Shown here in pieces: positions 24,295 through 26,165 of a stretch of 26,165 bases of DNA. Below the pieces are notes generated by a model, which was not told where the DNA came from, did not search any database, and saw only the letters and a list, made by a program, of their open reading frames with translations. Each line of letters opens with the position of its first letter. Position 1 is the stretch's first letter. Origin of the DNA: a virus (lineage: Duplodnaviria; Caudoviricetes); the IMG/VR virus record IMGVR_UViG_3300014202_000207, positions 1 through 26,165 of that record. One strand, given 5' to 3'. Position numbers and translations under genes: made by a program.

Positions 24295-24659
24295 GCGAAC
24301 ACACGCCCGGGCCTTGGGTTGCGCGATCTATTTCAGGATCGCGGGCTGTCGTGATCTCGACAGCAGTCGCGGAGAAGCCCACCGGAGACATCGCCAACGT
24401 AATTGCAGGTTTGGGCGCCATAACGGACGAGCAAGTGATTGCCAATGCCCGACTAATCGCCTCCGCGCCTGACATGCTGCAAGAAATCGAACGCCTACGC
24501 GCCGAACTCGCCGCCGCCCTCGCCGCCGCTGGCGTGGAGGAGATGGTGCGGGCCGCCGCCTTTGACGGTTGGTGCAGCGGATTCTGTAGCACAGGAAGAG
24601 ATGAAGAGCGCGCCGAGGACGTTGACACCATCGTCTCGCGGGTGATGGGACGCGAGTGA
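24291..24659 (+). CDS. Phage protein of the HTPGPW...ANARLIAxAP family
   Basis: MSEHTPGPW...ANARLIASAPDML, followed by EIERLRAEL. Confidence 0.75.
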   Translation: MSEHTPGPWVARSISGSRAVVISTAVAEKPTGDIANVIAGLGAITDEQVIANARLIASAPDMLQEIERLRAELAAALAAAGVEEMVRAAAFDGWCSGFCSTGRDEERAEDVDTIVSRVMGRE

Positions 24660-24967
24660 TGTCGGCCGCCCCGCACATCGTCGGCAAGGACTACCTGACC
24701 CGGCAGGAAGCGGCGTGGTACGCCTGCATCTCGCCCCGCCAGTTCGACCAGATGCGCCGGCTGCATGGGATTGCCGGGATCCCGTGGGCGGGGAAGGTCG
24801 TGTACCGTAAGACCGACATTCAGCGGGCAATCGAGCAGGCGGCACAGTGGCAACCATCACCAGGCGCGGCAACAGCTGGATCCTCCAATGGCGCGAGGGC
24901 GGCCGGCAGTGCCGCAAAAGCCTTGGCCGCACGAGTCAACGCGAGGCCGACCGACTCCGCAGGCTGA
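24659..24967 (+). CDS. xis: Excisionase-like HTH protein
   Basis: YLTRQEAAWYACISPRQF...GKVVYRKTDI (MerR/Xis-type wHTH); overlaps the integrase start. Confidence 0.75.
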   Translation: MSAAPHIVGKDYLTRQEAAWYACISPRQFDQMRRLHGIAGIPWAGKVVYRKTDIQRAIEQAAQWQPSPGAATAGSSNGARAAGSAAKALAARVNARPTDSAG

Positions 24968-25914
24968 AGGAGGAGGAGCTACAGCGGGCGCGCTATGCCG
25001 GCGTCGTTAGCCTGCCGAGCCCCGCCAGCGGGATCCCCGCACTCGAAGCCTTCATCGTCCACACCTACCTGCCGTGGCGCGGGCAGGAGCACCCGGCCAC
25101 CCAGTACGGTGAGATCGGCCGCTGGGCTAACCATCTCCTCCCCCGCTTCGGCACGCTGCAGCTGGACCGGATCTCCAAGTCAGCCCTTGAGACCTACAAG
25201 GCGACCCGGCGCAAGGACGGAGTGAAGGCGGCCACCATCACCAAGGAGTTGCGATCACTGCAGGCCGCGTTGAACCGGGCCGTGTTCCTCGATCTTCTCC
25301 CCCGCAACCCCGCGCGCGGCGTCCGCCCGCCCAAGGATCTAGAGAGCCGCCCGCCGCGCTGGTACTCGCCCGCCGAGCTTGGCCACCTCTACACCCACAG
25401 CGTCCACCTGCCCGGCGACGAGCAGGCCAAGGGGCTGCCGCCCAACGGACTGCCGGACTGGTCGCCAGTGTGGCGGCTGATGGCGAACACCGGCCTACGC
25501 CGCACGGAAGCGCTGCAACTGCGATGGGAGCATGTGGACGAGGCAGGCGTGCGCATCCTGTCCACGGAGACGGCGCGCACCAAGTCCGGCCGGTGGCGGC
25601 TGGTGCCCGTGTCTGCGGGCGCTACGAGCGCGCTGGCGCGGCTGCGGGCGATGACCGGCTCAACCCCCTACGTGCTGCCCCAGGTCCACGCAGACGCGCT
25701 CACAGCGGCGTTCCGGCGGCATCTCGGGCGGGCGGGTCTGGATGGCAGTCTGCATTGCCTGCGACACACCTTCTGCGCGTCGCTGGTATCGAGCGGCGTA
25801 CCGCTGCGCACGGTGCAGGTGTTGGCGGGTCACGCAGGCATCACGACGACCGAGCGATATGCCCACCTGGCGCCCGATCACCTGGCCGCTGCGGTGGCCG
25901 GTCTCGATCTGTGA
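24847..25914 (+). CDS. int: Tyrosine recombinase (integrase)
   Basis: N-terminal arm-binding-like segment; catalytic R (TGLRRTE), K (TKSG), HxxR (HCLRH), H (LAGH) and Y (TERY) all present. Confidence 0.96.
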   Translation: MATITRRGNSWILQWREGGRQCRKSLGRTSQREADRLRRLKEEELQRARYAGVVSLPSPASGIPALEAFIVHTYLPWRGQEHPATQYGEIGRWANHLLPRFGTLQLDRISKSALETYKATRRKDGVKAATITKELRSLQAALNRAVFLDLLPRNPARGVRPPKDLESRPPRWYSPAELGHLYTHSVHLPGDEQAKGLPPNGLPDWSPVWRLMANTGLRRTEALQLRWEHVDEAGVRILSTETARTKSGRWRLVPVSAGATSALARLRAMTGSTPYVLPQVHADALTAAFRRHLGRAGLDGSLHCLRHTFCASLVSSGVPLRTVQVLAGHAGITTTERYAHLAPDHLAAAVAGLDL

Positions 25915-25915
25915 T

Positions 25916-26098
25916 GAGCACATATCGAGCACATATCGGCTCAAGCCGTTGATTCCATTGACCCCTAGTCACCCCTCCTAAGGGCCAGATGTAGGTTCGA
26001 TTCCTACTGGCGAGGCCATATAAATCAACGACTTACAGATTTGCCCGTGCACACGGGAGCATGGGCCGGTTACGGCGGTAAGCACATTTTGAGCACAT
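25916..26098. other. attP site: tRNA-Arg(CCT) 3'-half core with arm repeats and IHF sites on both sides
   Basis: Arm repeats (G/A)AGCACAT at 25916, 25927, 26080 and 26091 (11-bp spacing in each pair); WATCAANNNNTTR matches at 25942-25954 (minus) and 26023-26035 (plus); core 25972-26018. Confidence 0.85.
25972..26018 (+). tRNA. Partial tRNA-Arg(CCT), 3' half only (att core, not a functional gene)
   Basis: CCC-CT-CCT-AA-GGG anticodon arm, GTAGG-TTCGATT-CCTAC T-arm, terminal CCA; no D-arm or 5' acceptor strand upstream. Confidence 0.88.
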
Positions 26099-26111
26099 CG
26101 AACGGCCCATA

Positions 26112-26165
26112 TCAGACCCCATAGGTCGCGATGTACTGGGCGACCGCGGGCGGTAGGTCCGGGCG
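26112..26165 (-). CDS. 3' end of a gene converging on attP (partial)
   Basis: Open frame ...RPDLPPAVAQYIATYGV-stop from the window edge; only 18 codons visible. Confidence 0.35.
   Translation of the reverse strand, partial: RPDLPPAVAQYIATYGV

Larger units (their letters stand above)
23512..24509 (+). repeat. Dispersed direct repeats at gene junctions and within coiled-coil segments
   Basis: TGGAGGG(T/C)AAGCCGTGA at 23512, 23982 and 24278; identical 48-mer at 23861-23908 and 24145-24192 (first 20 nt also at 24061); 27-mer with one mismatch at 23747 and 24483. Confidence 0.9.
1..26165. mobile_element. Temperate lambdoid-type phage genome segment (P22-like head packaging genes)
   Basis: Continuous gene order attP-int-xis-recombination-immunity-replication-nin-lysis-terminase-portal; no host genes recognised. 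Confidence 0.95.

Noticed and set aside
23512-24509. Diversity-generating retroelement or integron
   Set aside because: No reverse transcriptase, no adenine-specific mismatch pattern between repeats, and no attC-like palindromes.
24847-24967. 121-nt xis/int overlap as a recoding site
   Set aside because: xis/int overlaps are common, and int has its own GTG start with a plausible N-terminal domain.
25955-25963. Iteron-like CCATTGACC inside attP
   Set aside because: A single imperfect short match is expected by chance.
25972-26018. Functional phage tRNA gene
   Set aside because: The 5' acceptor strand and D-arm are missing; it is an att core.

Overview
About 26 kb of a GC-rich, lambdoid-organised temperate phage, probably of a proteobacterial host. 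The immunity region lies at ~16.0-17.5 kb: cro <- three operators -> a cI without a recognisable protease domain, two accessory membrane genes, a terminator, then OL/PL. A long minus-strand unit carries cro, cII, a Prim-Pol/RepA-type primase-helicase with an iteron-rich origin, nin-type genes (VRR-NUC, NinB-like, GapR-like), lysis genes (GH108 endolysin, holin-like), TerS/TerL, a P22-like portal and virion/LamG-like genes. A plus-strand unit carries small early genes, a Sak4-like ATPase, an HNH endonuclease, a DUF669-type SSB, a Cas4-like nuclease, a C5 methyltransferase, a repeat-linked array of coiled-coil genes, xis and a tyrosine integrase. The window ends in what looks like an intact attP: the 3' half of tRNA-Arg(CCT) with arm repeats and IHF sites on both sides, so the DNA probably represents the excised/virion form. 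The main oddities are a C9 tract splitting the gene coupled to the primase, a 353-nt TerS/TerL overlap with a frame switch, a four-way-junction RNA filling the gap before the portal operon, a cassette-like ...ALEGKP gene array, and an uncharacterised gene pair in the rex position. All protein calls come from motif recognition by eye; no database search was run.
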